Origin: Anaerolineae bacterium
GTDB lineage: Bacteria; Chloroflexota; Anaerolineae; Aggregatilineales; Phototrophicaceae
Length of the DNA stretch: 56,595 bases
NCBI GenBank assembly: GCA_016788435.1
Contig: JAEURB010000422.1
Span: forward strand, 1 to 56,595
Reading direction: 5' to 3'
A program made the translations under genes and the position numbers. The notes under the pieces were generated by a model that was not told the origin of the DNA, did no database searches, and was given only the letters and a program-made list of their open reading frames with translations. Positions 1-17,079 of this stretch are shown here, piece after piece (the stretch's first letter is position 1; every line of letters begins with the position of its first letter).

Positions 1-1
1 C

Positions 2-751
2 CCGGCGGTCACTGCGGCCCCGCTTGCTGCGCCGGTCTACACGGCCCCGGCTGCCAGCCCCGATATCGAGATCCTCGAGGTCACGAAGATGCGCTCGCGC
101 ATCGCATCGCGCATGCTCGAGAGCAAGCAGCAGACGCCGCACTTCTACGTGACGGCGGTGGTGGATGTCGAAGCGCTGCTGGCCCTGCGCGCCCAGATCA
201 ACGCCGCGCTGGATGACGAACGCAAAGTCAGCGTCAACGATCTGATCGTCAAGGCGGCGGCGCTCACGCTGCGCCAGTTCCCGAACCTGAATTCGCACTT
301 CTACGGCGACAAGATCGTGCGCTACAAGCGCATCAACGTCGGAATCGCCGTGGCCTTGCCTCAGGGCGGCCTGATGAATGTGGTGTCGAAGGACGCCGAT
401 AAGACCTCGATCTCGACCATCGCCCGCCAGAACAAGGAGATGATCGCCCGCGCCCGCGACAACAAAGTGAGGCCCGATGATATTCAGGGCAGCACCTTCA
501 CCGTCAGCAACCTCGGCGCGTACGATGTGGACGAGTTTGCGGCCATCATCAACCCGCCTGAAGCCGCCATCCTGGCCGTGAGTACAGCGGCCAAGGTGCC
601 GGTCGTCAAGGCGGATGGCACGCTCGGCGTGGGCAGCCGCATGAAACTGACCGTGAGCGTGGACCACCGCGTGAGCGACGGCGCGGAAGGCGCGCAGTTC
701 CTGCAGGCGCTCAAGAAGCTGCTCGAAACGCCGATGCAGTTGCTGGTGTGA
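2..751 (+). CDS. pdhC: 2-oxo-acid (pyruvate) dehydrogenase E2 dihydrolipoamide acyltransferase, 5'-truncated by the window edge
   Basis: Frame is open from position 2 (Ala/Pro-rich linker). Motifs: PHFY, GSTFTVSNLG, IINPPEAAIL and catalytic DHRVSDG. Confidence 0.9.
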   Translation, partial: PAVTAAPLAAPVYTAPAASPDIEILEVTKMRSRIASRMLESKQQTPHFYVTAVVDVEALLALRAQINAALDDERKVSVNDLIVKAAALTLRQFPNLNSHFYGDKIVRYKRINVGIAVALPQGGLMNVVSKDADKTSISTIARQNKEMIARARDNKVRPDDIQGSTFTVSNLGAYDVDEFAAIINPPEAAILAVSTAAKVPVVKADGTLGVGSRMKLTVSVDHRVSDGAEGAQFLQALKKLLETPMQLLV

Positions 752-756
752 GAGAA

Positions 757-784
757 GTTGAAAGTTGAAGGTTGAAAGTTGAAA
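757..784 (+). repeat. Heptamer tandem repeat (GTTGAAR)x4
   Basis: GTTGAAA GTTGAAG GTTGAAA GTTGAAA just after the stop codon; the same unit occurs at 40850 and 54877. Confidence 0.9.
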
Positions 785-816
785 GGGCTGGCCGGTTGGC
801 TGGCCCTCTTTGTTTG
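784..816 (+). terminator. Probable intrinsic terminator
   Basis: agggctggcc-ggtt-ggctggccct stem (with G-U pairs) followed by ctttgttt. Confidence 0.5.
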
Positions 817-905
817 CTGTATACAAGGACTGATAATGAGTGGTTTATCAATCTGCTTTCGTTCTATGCTAGTTCAGGAACAAGGCCTGAAGAGGAGATT
901 TGCCA

Positions 906-1985
906 ATGCGTGCAGTTCTTAGGTTGCTTCTGCTGTACCTGTGTCTTGGCGCGTTCGCGGCGTCGGCGCAGGACGATCGTGTGCCGATTCTGGTCGTGTT
1001 GGCGAGCGTGCCGGATACGCCCGAGTCGCGCGCCACATTCTCCTACGCCGATTACGCGGCCATCATGGGCGAAGCAGAAGGCGATGACCGGTTTCCGCCG
1101 CTGCTGCAGGTGTACTCCGGGCCGTCGCTGGCCTATGCGTCGCTTCGGCTGGAGGAGCAGGAACGGCTGATTGGCGTGCCGTTCTTCGCCATCGAACAAG
1201 CGGCCAGCTGGGGTCTGCCGCCGGGGATGGTCACTGTGTTTCAGGGCGCGTTCGAGGCCGAAGCGGTGCAGGCAGCCCTTGAAGCGCGAGAGTTCACCAC
1301 CTCGGAATTGAATGGCCTGCCGCTGTTCTGCGGGGCGGCGGGTTGTGACCAGGGGATGAGGAGCAATCTCGAGGTACGCGAGCCGGGCGATCCCTTTGGC
1401 GGCGAACTAGCTCGTCAGCAGCCGGTACTGTTCGTGCCGCTGGAAGGGGTGAACCAACTCCTCAGTTCGGCCCTGATTGAAACGGTCGAGCTCAGTTCGG
1501 AAGTGGTTGCCGGAGAGGCGCTCTCGCTGGCGGACAACCCGGAGGTGCAGGCCGCGGTAGACGCCGCCGCACTGGGCGGGCTGCTGCGGCAAGCGCTGTT
1601 TACCGACGCAGAGTGGATTGGGCCTGCGCCGGACGGAGCCAAGCCGCTGCCACCGTACCGGCTGGCCGTGCTGGGCGAGGCGCAGACGGAGGACCGCCTG
1701 AGCGCCAGTGTGACGCTGGTGTACGAGACGCTGGATGAAGCTGAAGCCGCGGCCGCTGCCCTCGAAACGCGGCTCGCCAGCTATGAATCGGTGCGCGTTG
1801 AGCGGCCGTATGCCGATCTGCTCGACGAGCGCGGGATTGTGGCTACGTTCAGCGCGGTGGAAGATGCCGAGACCGGGCTGGCTGTGGCTCAGGTCGTGTT
1901 CAGTGGGCCGGATGACGCGCTCGGTTACCGGTTGTTGGTGCAGGGGCTGTATAACCGTGATTTGGGCTGGCTGGGAATGGACTAG
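906..1985 (+). CDS. Secreted hypothetical protein
   Basis: N-terminal signal peptide (..AFAASAQD), acidic composition and host-like codon use. GAAGGAG lies upstream; the start could be 900 or 906. Confidence 0.7.
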   Translation: MRAVLRLLLLYLCLGAFAASAQDDRVPILVVLASVPDTPESRATFSYADYAAIMGEAEGDDRFPPLLQVYSGPSLAYASLRLEEQERLIGVPFFAIEQAASWGLPPGMVTVFQGAFEAEAVQAALEAREFTTSELNGLPLFCGAAGCDQGMRSNLEVREPGDPFGGELARQQPVLFVPLEGVNQLLSSALIETVELSSEVVAGEALSLADNPEVQAAVDAAALGGLLRQALFTDAEWIGPAPDGAKPLPPYRLAVLGEAQTEDRLSASVTLVYETLDEAEAAAAALETRLASYESVRVERPYADLLDERGIVATFSAVEDAETGLAVAQVVFSGPDDALGYRLLVQGLYNRDLGWLGMD

Positions 1986-2161
1986 AGATCCACGACCTGC
2001 TCTTCGCTCCACCTGCTCGCGGCACGCGGGAAATATGGGAGAGGGGCGAGACAATGTCTGGGGTGAGGGGTTGTTGACGCAGCCCCAGGCCCGCCCTGGC
2101 GTTCCTGGCATTCTTCGGGTTGTCTTTTTCCGTGTCTTTGCCGTTCACGCTCCCCGCTGAC

Positions 2162-2192
2162 TTGCGAACAGATGTGCAACTCATGGTATCAT
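2162..2192 (+). promoter_or_regulatory. Extended -10 promoter of rmuC with an adjacent LexA/SOS-box-like site
   Basis: CGAAC-AGAT-GTGCA at 2165-2178, near GAAC-N4-GTTC; TGgTATCAT at 2184-2192. Confidence 0.5.
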
Positions 2193-2239
2193 GGCGCAAA
2201 ACGTTGGGATTTGGTTTGCCTGCGTAATGGGAGCGCCAC

Positions 2240-3385
2240 ATGGATACCTCCGCGCTGTTCGTTGGCTTCGCGGCCGGGCTGCTGATTGGGGCGGTCGCGG
2301 CGGCGGTCATCGTCTACACGCTGTTCGAGCGCCAGCGCCGGGCCAGCAGCGAGGCCCTGATCGAGACGCTGCGCCTGCAGGTGGCCGAGTTGACGCGGCA
2401 GGCCAACCGGGAAGCCAGCGCCGAACTGCTGCAGATGGCCGGCACGCAATTTGACTCACAACTGAGCAAGCACAGCGCGGTCGTTGAAGGCGAGAAGGCG
2501 CTGATTGACCAGCGCGTGACCGAACTCACAGGCCGCCTGGGGCAAGTCGAGGCGCTGATCGGTGAGTTTGAGCAAAGCCGCGCCGAACGGCTGGGGGCGC
2601 TGGGTGAAGAATTGCGCTCGCTGACCGCCTCGACGGACAAAATCGGGCAGGCGCTGACCTCGAACAAGGCGCGCGGCCAGTGGGGCGAGCGCATCGCTGA
2701 AGATGCCATTCGCGCCATCGGCCTGATCGAAGGGTTGCACTATAAGACGCAAGTGAAGGAATACAAGAATGGCACCGAAACGCAGCCCGACTTCACCTTT
2801 TTCCTTCCTTTGGACAAGCGCCTCAATATGGACTGCAAGTTCCCGCTGGCGAACTACCTGCGCGCTTTGGAAGCAGAAAGCGAATCAGAACGCCAGAGGT
2901 ACATGAAGACCTTTCTGAAGGATGTTCGGATGCGCGTCTCTGAGGTGACCACCCGCAACTATATCGCCCCTGAACATGGCACAGTTGACGTAGCCCTCAT
3001 CTTTATTCCCAACGAGTCACTTTACCAACTCATCCATGAGAACGACCCAACTCTGCTGGACTTCGCACGAAGCCAGAAGGTCGTTCTCGTCTCACCATAC
3101 ACACTTTATATGGTGCTGGCCGTTATCCGCGAAGCAGTGGATAACTTCACTTATCAGGAAAAAGCCCAGCAGATCGCCACCTTGATGCGTGAGTTTCGCA
3201 AAGAATGGCTCGCTTATACGGGGAAGTTGGTCGAAGTACGGAAGCAACTCGACTTGGCACATAACAAGTTTTCCGAATTGTTGGGGGAGCGTACCACTCG
3301 CCTCGACAAGGCGCTGGAGGCGGTGGCGCTGTACGGTGACGAGGCCGCCGCGACCGAACAACTGCCACTGGCGGCGGAGGAATAG
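2240..3385 (+). CDS. rmuC: DNA recombination protein RmuC
   Basis: N-terminal TM helix, coiled coil, RGQWGE motif, PD..MDCKFP nuclease-like motif, FIPNE and VSPYTL. Confidence 0.92.
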   Translation: MDTSALFVGFAAGLLIGAVAAAVIVYTLFERQRRASSEALIETLRLQVAELTRQANREASAELLQMAGTQFDSQLSKHSAVVEGEKALIDQRVTELTGRLGQVEALIGEFEQSRAERLGALGEELRSLTASTDKIGQALTSNKARGQWGERIAEDAIRAIGLIEGLHYKTQVKEYKNGTETQPDFTFFLPLDKRLNMDCKFPLANYLRALEAESESERQRYMKTFLKDVRMRVSEVTTRNYIAPEHGTVDVALIFIPNESLYQLIHENDPTLLDFARSQKVVLVSPYTLYMVLAVIREAVDNFTYQEKAQQIATLMREFRKEWLAYTGKLVEVRKQLDLAHNKFSELLGERTTRLDKALEAVALYGDEAAATEQLPLAAEE

Positions 3386-3408
3386 GGCGCGGGCGTCCAC
3401 GTCCTGAA

Positions 3409-3586
3409 CCTCACTCCCCAGTCTCCTCTCCATCCTGGAGAGGTTGAGGGGGCGACACCAGTGTTTCGGCCCTCGTCGCCTGTCCAGAGTGGAGGAGGAA
3501 ACAAACACCCCCTCTCCGAGGCGGAGAGGGGGCCGGGGGTGAGGTTCGGGCGTGGAATCCCTTACCTTGAGCCTATTGGGGTGAGG
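3409..3586. repeat. REP-like palindromic element cluster (CCTCACCCC..CCCTCTCC..GGAGAGGG..GGGGTGAGG family)
   Basis: Nested inverted repeats between convergent genes; related copies near 2040-2070, 28607-28705, 34100-34213 and 37332-37374. Confidence 0.65.
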
Positions 3587-3593
3587 TTGCCGG

Positions 3594-11300
<7,707 letters not shown>

Positions 11301-11328
11301 AGCGTCACCACCACTCGCACTTCATCCA

Positions 11329-13620
11329 TCAGGATAGCGGCTGATCGGCCGGGAAGCCGTTCGTCTCGCCGGCCGGTTGTTCAACCGGTTCACTGGCCAG
11401 GTCGTCACGCAGGCGGATGGACACCTGCGGCGTGCGCAGCGCCTGACCGACTTCGCGCACGGCCGTTTGCAGAATCTGCTCGATGCTGGTTTGTGAGGTA
11501 ATGCGGGCCGAGATCGAGTTGACGAGGCGTTCGCGCTCGGCGGCGCGGCGGCTTTCCTGGAACAGGCGGGCATTTTCCAGGCTGATGGCGAGGCGGCCGG
11601 CCAGTTCCTGCGCCAGGCTGAGGCGTTCCGCACCAAAGCTTTGGGCCGGCACTTCCCATTCCACCGTACCGAGCATCTGGCCACGCAACATGACCGGCGC
11701 GACGACCGGCAGGGTGTTACGCGCCGTCACCTCACCCACCACCGGCTCTCCGCTTTCGGCGGCCTGCTCGCGCAGGAGCGCAAAGATGGGTTCGGCATCG
11801 GCTTCCTTGAATCCGGCCGACTGCGTCAGGCGCTGCGACCGCTGGTCGCGCAGGAAGTCCTGCCAGGCAGCCAGCGTAGCCCGCTTGTTGGCTTCGTCCA
11901 CTTCAATCGCGCGGCGCGAGGCCTCTTCATAGAAGCGGGCGTTCTGAATGGTGATCGAAAGCTGGTCCGCCATCGTTTGCAGCGCGGTGATCAAGTCGGG
12001 CGTAAACACGTCTGGCTGGCGGCTTTGCACGTCAAGCGCGCCGATCATGGCCGAGCCGATCTTGAGCGGGATGGCCAGCTCAGCGCGGGTATCGGGCAGG
12101 AATTCGTTGCGACGGTGCACCGGACTGGCGGCGGTGTCGCGGGCGACAACCAACTCGCCGGAGTCCGTCACCTGGCCGATCACGCTCTGGCTGCCAACTG
12201 CGAGGCGGTGGCCGCGCCGCAGCAGGAGCTGGCCGGCCTCGCCGGTGCTGGCGCGCAGCACGGCATATTCGCGGTCGTTGTCAATCAGGAAGATTTGGGC
12301 GTGATAGAGCGCCGGGAAGCTGGCGACAATCAAATCCACCACACGCTCCATCAGCGTTGGCAGGTTGACCTGTGAGGCGGCGTAGCGGGCGATCTCCTGG
12401 GTAGCGGCGATGTCACGGCTGCGGGCGGTCACGCGGCCTTCGAGGTCGGTCACCAGCAGGCTGACGCTTTCGCGCAGTGTCGCCGTTTCGCGGGCCAGGC
12501 CGCCGATTTCATCACCGCGCGCGGTATCGGGCACGGTCACGTTCAGGTCGCCAGCCGCCATACGGGCGGCGGTTTGGCGCAGGCGGTTGATGGGGTCGGC
12601 GATCAGGCGGCTGAGCAGATAGACGCCGATCAGCGCCAGCACGGCCGAGAGGCCGAAGATGGCGAAGCGGCGCACCGAGAGCAGACCGGATAGCTGTTCG
12701 GCGGCGAACTGGCTGTCGAGGTGAGCGGCCAGCGCCAGCGGCGTGCCGGGCAGCGTAGAGGTGTAGACATACCACGTCGTCCCGTTGGCATCGGTCAGGG
12801 TGGTGACGCCGGTCGCGCCGGTGAAGGCCGCGCGGGCGAGGTTGAAGTCCCCCACCTCGTTGGCGCGGGCCAGCGATTCGGGGAAGGCAATCACATCGCC
12901 ATCCACCGAAATCAGGTAGCTGAAGCCCATTTCGCGCCCGATTTCAGGGGGGAAGCGGAGGCCGGGGTAGATGACGCTGGTATTGCTCATGCGGCCGACG
13001 ATGTAACCGAGCGCGCGGCCATCGCGCCAAAGCAGGGCGATGGTGTAGTCGAGCGCGCCGGTGCCGTTGGCCAGTGTGGCAACGGTGAGCGTTTGGGTAC
13101 GGCCCTCGGCCAACGCGGCCTCAGCGGCGCGGAGGGCGTCCTGGGTGGCTTGACCGCCGGGGCTGATGGTGGACACGATATTCGAGGCCGACAGCGCGAT
13201 CACGTTGCCGTTACGGTCCAGCACGCGCACCGCGTCGTACAGGCCGGTCGCCGGATTCAGCAGCGTACGGTCCATCAACGCTTCGATTTCGGCCGGCGTG
13301 GTGCGCGGCAGCGGCAGGTCGGACGTATTGACGTTGCGCAGGAGCATACCCAGCAGCATGCGCTCGATTTCAGGGTCGTTCACAAACGTGTCGAGCGCGA
13401 GGCGGGCCTGGCTGATCGAGTTGGTGACCGTCGTCGCCTGGCTCGACCCGGTGTTATCAATGGCTGTGCTGTTGGTTTGCACCGCCAGTTCATCCAGCGC
13501 GCCACGAATGATGATGGTGGAGGGGATAAGCACGAGCAGCAGAATCAGGCCGACGCCGATGAGCAGCTTGAGCCAGATTGGGGTGTTGCGCGCGTCAAGC
13601 CAGGTACGCAATCTCGACAT
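11329..13620 (-). CDS. Membrane sensor (TM, Cache-like, TM, HAMP, GAF) without an output domain
   Basis: Two TM helices, HAMP (PINRL..DEIGGLA), a full GAF, an incomplete GAF and a C-terminal half-GAF tail. Confidence 0.88.
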   Translation of the reverse strand: MSRLRTWLDARNTPIWLKLLIGVGLILLLVLIPSTIIIRGALDELAVQTNSTAIDNTGSSQATTVTNSISQARLALDTFVNDPEIERMLLGMLLRNVNTSDLPLPRTTPAEIEALMDRTLLNPATGLYDAVRVLDRNGNVIALSASNIVSTISPGGQATQDALRAAEAALAEGRTQTLTVATLANGTGALDYTIALLWRDGRALGYIVGRMSNTSVIYPGLRFPPEIGREMGFSYLISVDGDVIAFPESLARANEVGDFNLARAAFTGATGVTTLTDANGTTWYVYTSTLPGTPLALAAHLDSQFAAEQLSGLLSVRRFAIFGLSAVLALIGVYLLSRLIADPINRLRQTAARMAAGDLNVTVPDTARGDEIGGLARETATLRESVSLLVTDLEGRVTARSRDIAATQEIARYAASQVNLPTLMERVVDLIVASFPALYHAQIFLIDNDREYAVLRASTGEAGQLLLRRGHRLAVGSQSVIGQVTDSGELVVARDTAASPVHRRNEFLPDTRAELAIPLKIGSAMIGALDVQSRQPDVFTPDLITALQTMADQLSITIQNARFYEEASRRAIEVDEANKRATLAAWQDFLRDQRSQRLTQSAGFKEADAEPIFALLREQAAESGEPVVGEVTARNTLPVVAPVMLRGQMLGTVEWEVPAQSFGAERLSLAQELAGRLAISLENARLFQESRRAAERERLVNSISARITSQTSIEQILQTAVREVGQALRTPQVSIRLRDDLASEPVEQPAGETNGFPADQPLS

Positions 13621-13622
13621 GA

Positions 13623-15344
13623 TCAGTGACCTCCCTGGCTGCCGTTCGACTGGCCGCCGTTGACAGCGGGCGGCGCGACGGCGGCCGGCTCAATCGTCAC
13701 GCGAGTCGAAACCGCGCCGAGCGCTTCGTTGAAAGCACCGGCGGCGGCATTCAGCAGGCGGTTCAGGTCGGTCGCGCCCAGCAGCACGCCGGTCACTTCC
13801 GAGGCCTTGCGCTCGCGGCGGGCCTGCGCCTGATATTGCTCGTAAAGGCGCGTGCTTTCCAGCGCGAGGCCGAGGCGTTCGGCCACGATGCGCGAGGTTT
13901 CCATCTGGCGCGCCGTGATGAGCTGCCCCGCTGGAACGCGGAAAGTCATCGCTCCCATCAGCGTGTTACGGACGTGGATCGGGATATTGACCACCTGCCC
14001 GGCGTCATCGGCGGTGATCTGCGGCTCGCCCTTTTCAAGGGCGGCACGCAGTTCAGGCGGCAGATCCGAGGCGGCGCGCAGGTCACGCTCGTTGACTCCC
14101 TGCTGCCGGACAAAGTCGAAGCCGATCATCTCGTCGCCACGACCATGTAGGTAGCCTTCCCAGCTTTGCGTCACCGTTTGACGGGCGCGGCCTTCGAGCG
14201 TTCCCACCTGCTCGCGCAGGCGCTCGATTTGCGCCGTCTGATCGCCGATGATGCGCGTCTGGCCGGTCGTGACGATCAGCTTTTCCCAGGCCGCGGCGAA
14301 GGACTGCGCTAGCGTCGTCAGCACCGTCAGTTCGCCAGAGCCGGGCGCAGTGACCGAGGTGGATTGGAAGTCAAGGACGGCAGCGGTTTGGCCGTTGGTG
14401 AGGATGACGGGCAGGCTGATGGCGCGGCGGGCCGGCGCGACCAGATGACGGACACGCGGTTCGCCGTCACGGTCACTAATGAGGACGGCCTGGCCGGATT
14501 GTGCGGCTTCGGCCACGACCTCGGATTCGCCGGGGTTGGCCCCGGTCGTCGAAAGGATCGCCTGTATGCTGGTTCCACGGCGCACGCGGCGGTTGATGTG
14601 GCCGCTGGCGTCGGTCAGATAAATCTGCGCCAGCGCGTAGCCAAGGTCTTCCTGCATGGCCTGCATCGCCTGGCTCATCAATTCATCTTCGCTGGTGGCT
14701 TCGGCGAAGCGCGGCGTCAGTTTGGTTACGCGCTGCATTCGCTGGAAGTTACGCACCATTTCGCGGCTGAGGCGAATGCTGAGGCCGCCGAAGACATAGA
14801 GCAGGATGAAGATGAAGATGGTGATATTGAAGGCCTGAAAGGTCGCCAGCCCGATTTCACGGGACGGGACGACGCGGATGGGCGTATCGAGCTGGCTGAC
14901 GGCGCTGTAGCGGGCGAGGATGCCCACCGCCAGCAGCAGCATCGTAATCACGAGTCCGCGCCGGTTGAGCAGCACGCCGGCCGCGATCAGCGGGATGAGC
15001 AGATAAATCGGCTCGAAGTCATAGTTCGTGATGGGGATGAGCGTGCCCATCACCAGCATGCCGACCAGCAGCCACGACGCCCAGTCGAGCCGGCCGCGCT
15101 GCAGCAGCAGATAGACGGCTGCGAGGGCCCCGCCCATGACCAGCAGCGCACCGGCCATGCCGAAGTCGAGCGGCGGAAGCGAGCCGGTTTGCGGAATGAG
15201 GCCAGCCTGCGCGACGACCATGCCGAAGGAGAGCAGGCCGAGCAGCACCAGCAGAACGATGACCAGCGCCTGCAGGCCGATGGCGCGCTGCTGATCGAGC
15301 TCGTTATCGTAAGTGAAGCGTGGGGTGAAGATCCGCCGGATCAT
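13623..15344 (-). CDS. Multi-TM membrane protein with GAF domains, no output domain
   Basis: About 5-6 hydrophobic helices followed by GAF motifs; its start overlaps the upstream stop (TGATG). Confidence 0.85.
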   Translation of the reverse strand: MIRRIFTPRFTYDNELDQQRAIGLQALVIVLLVLLGLLSFGMVVAQAGLIPQTGSLPPLDFGMAGALLVMGGALAAVYLLLQRGRLDWASWLLVGMLVMGTLIPITNYDFEPIYLLIPLIAAGVLLNRRGLVITMLLLAVGILARYSAVSQLDTPIRVVPSREIGLATFQAFNITIFIFILLYVFGGLSIRLSREMVRNFQRMQRVTKLTPRFAEATSEDELMSQAMQAMQEDLGYALAQIYLTDASGHINRRVRRGTSIQAILSTTGANPGESEVVAEAAQSGQAVLISDRDGEPRVRHLVAPARRAISLPVILTNGQTAAVLDFQSTSVTAPGSGELTVLTTLAQSFAAAWEKLIVTTGQTRIIGDQTAQIERLREQVGTLEGRARQTVTQSWEGYLHGRGDEMIGFDFVRQQGVNERDLRAASDLPPELRAALEKGEPQITADDAGQVVNIPIHVRNTLMGAMTFRVPAGQLITARQMETSRIVAERLGLALESTRLYEQYQAQARRERKASEVTGVLLGATDLNRLLNAAAGAFNEALGAVSTRVTIEPAAVAPPAVNGGQSNGSQGGH

Positions 15345-17029
15345 CAGTGGGCTCCGTTCGTGGCTTGCCCGTTGGCGGCCAGCACGCCGAGGCGGATCGC
15401 GCCCCGATTCGCGCCGAGCGTGTCGCTCAACTCATCGAGCGTGATACGCAGCAGGTCATCCACGGTGTTCACCTGCTGATAGCGGGCGGAAATATCGGAT
15501 ACGCGCTCTTGCTGGGCGGCGTATTCGCGGGCCTGTTCGAACGAGCGCATACTGTCGAGGCTGACGCCGAGGCGTTCGATGACCTGCTGCAGCAGCGCCA
15601 GCGTGGCCTGATCGGGCTTGTCGGCCAGTTCAAACTCCAGCGCGCCGATGACCTGGCCGCGCACGCGCAACGGCAGCGCAATCAGGTTACCGTCATCCGA
15701 TTCGGCCTGAACAGCGCGCCCAGCCTCGATGGCTTCATTCAGGCCCGGCGTCCAGTCCGCCCCATCATCGAGGCGGCTATCGGCCCCGTTGTAACTGTAG
15801 GCCACATCGCGGCGCACGCGAATGAAGTCCTGCCAGCCACGGTCGGTCAGTTCACGGTTAAGCATGTCCACTTCGTGCATGGCGGCCTGCGCCTCGGTCA
15901 GCAGCCGTTCGTTCTCGGCCAGGCGCAACTGCGTTTCCTCGTTCAGGCGCACATTGTCAATCACGATGGCGACGCTGTCGGCCAGCGACTGGAAGATCGG
16001 GGCTTCTTCGCCGGTGAAGGCTTCGGCGCTCCGGCTTTGCAGGTCGAGCACGCCGATGACATCGTTACCGACGCGCAGCGGGAACGCGCCTTCAGCCGCC
16101 GTTTCGGGCAGCAGTTCGTTGCGGCGATGGATGCTGTCGCGCCCACCGGCGCGGGCCACCACCGGCTGGCCGGTGGCCGATACCTGGCCGATCACGCTTT
16201 GACTGCCGACGCCGAGGGCGTGGGCGCGGGCCAGCAGCAGTTGGCCGACCTCGCCCGTACTGGCCGCCAACCGGGCTGTTTGCTGCGCGTCGTCGAGCAG
16301 GAAGATCTGCACGTGATACATGTCCGGGTACGAGTCGCGGATCAGGTCCACCGCGCCGTTCAGCAGGCCGGGCAGCGAAGCCCGGTCGAGGCGGGCGGCG
16401 ATGGTGGTCGTGATCTGGGCGAGCTGCAAGCGGGACTGCGTGGCGGTCACTTCACCCTGCTGTTCGCGGGCGCTGGCGAGGCGCAGATAGACGTAGACGA
16501 AGGCGAGCGCGATGAGCAGGTCGAACGATTGATAACCGAGCGACAGCGGGTTATAGACCGGGAACTGCGGGAAGGCGACCGGCTGCAGGAAGATGTAGGC
16601 GATGATCGTGCCGACAGAGACGAACATCATGGCCAGGCCGCCGTACAGCCCGTACAGCAAGCCGCCCAGCAGCACCAGGAAGACGAAGGATGCGCTTGAA
16701 GCGAGGCCGCTGGGGAATTGCAGCAGGATGTTGGCGACGAAGTAGAGCAGAATGGCGCTGACCGGCGCGAGCTTCCAGCCCCGGCGTGCGCCCCACAGCG
16801 TAACCAGCGCAATGGCCACTACCGTCACAATCCACAGGACGGCGGCAGAAGTCAACTGCCCGGCGGCCGTGAAGATTGGGTCCTGCAGGACGAATGCGCC
16901 CAGCGGCAGGTACATGAAAGCGAAGGCCATGATGAAGAGCGTGACCGCATAGAGCATACGGCCGCGTTCACGTTCAACCGGTGTCTTGTAGGCCTTCAGC
17001 GTGAAGACCCGCGCCAGCAATTCCCTCAT
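15344..17029 (-). CDS. Multi-TM membrane protein with GAF domains, no output domain
   Basis: Hydrophobic N-terminus, GAF with the STGEVGQLLLARAHALGVGSQSVIG motif, and a half-GAF tail. Confidence 0.87.
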   Translation of the reverse strand: MRELLARVFTLKAYKTPVERERGRMLYAVTLFIMAFAFMYLPLGAFVLQDPIFTAAGQLTSAAVLWIVTVVAIALVTLWGARRGWKLAPVSAILLYFVANILLQFPSGLASSASFVFLVLLGGLLYGLYGGLAMMFVSVGTIIAYIFLQPVAFPQFPVYNPLSLGYQSFDLLIALAFVYVYLRLASAREQQGEVTATQSRLQLAQITTTIAARLDRASLPGLLNGAVDLIRDSYPDMYHVQIFLLDDAQQTARLAASTGEVGQLLLARAHALGVGSQSVIGQVSATGQPVVARAGGRDSIHRRNELLPETAAEGAFPLRVGNDVIGVLDLQSRSAEAFTGEEAPIFQSLADSVAIVIDNVRLNEETQLRLAENERLLTEAQAAMHEVDMLNRELTDRGWQDFIRVRRDVAYSYNGADSRLDDGADWTPGLNEAIEAGRAVQAESDDGNLIALPLRVRGQVIGALEFELADKPDQATLALLQQVIERLGVSLDSMRSFEQAREYAAQQERVSDISARYQQVNTVDDLLRITLDELSDTLGANRGAIRLGVLAANGQATNGAH

Positions 17030-17079
17030 ATCCCCCGCTCCTCAGCACAGCGCGCCCGGCAGGCGGGCACGGCTGGCTG

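Noticed and set aside
757-784. GTTGAAAG repeats resembling CRISPR repeat ends (also 40850, 54877)
   Set aside because: The units are 7-bp tandem copies with no spacers, and there are no cas genes in the window.
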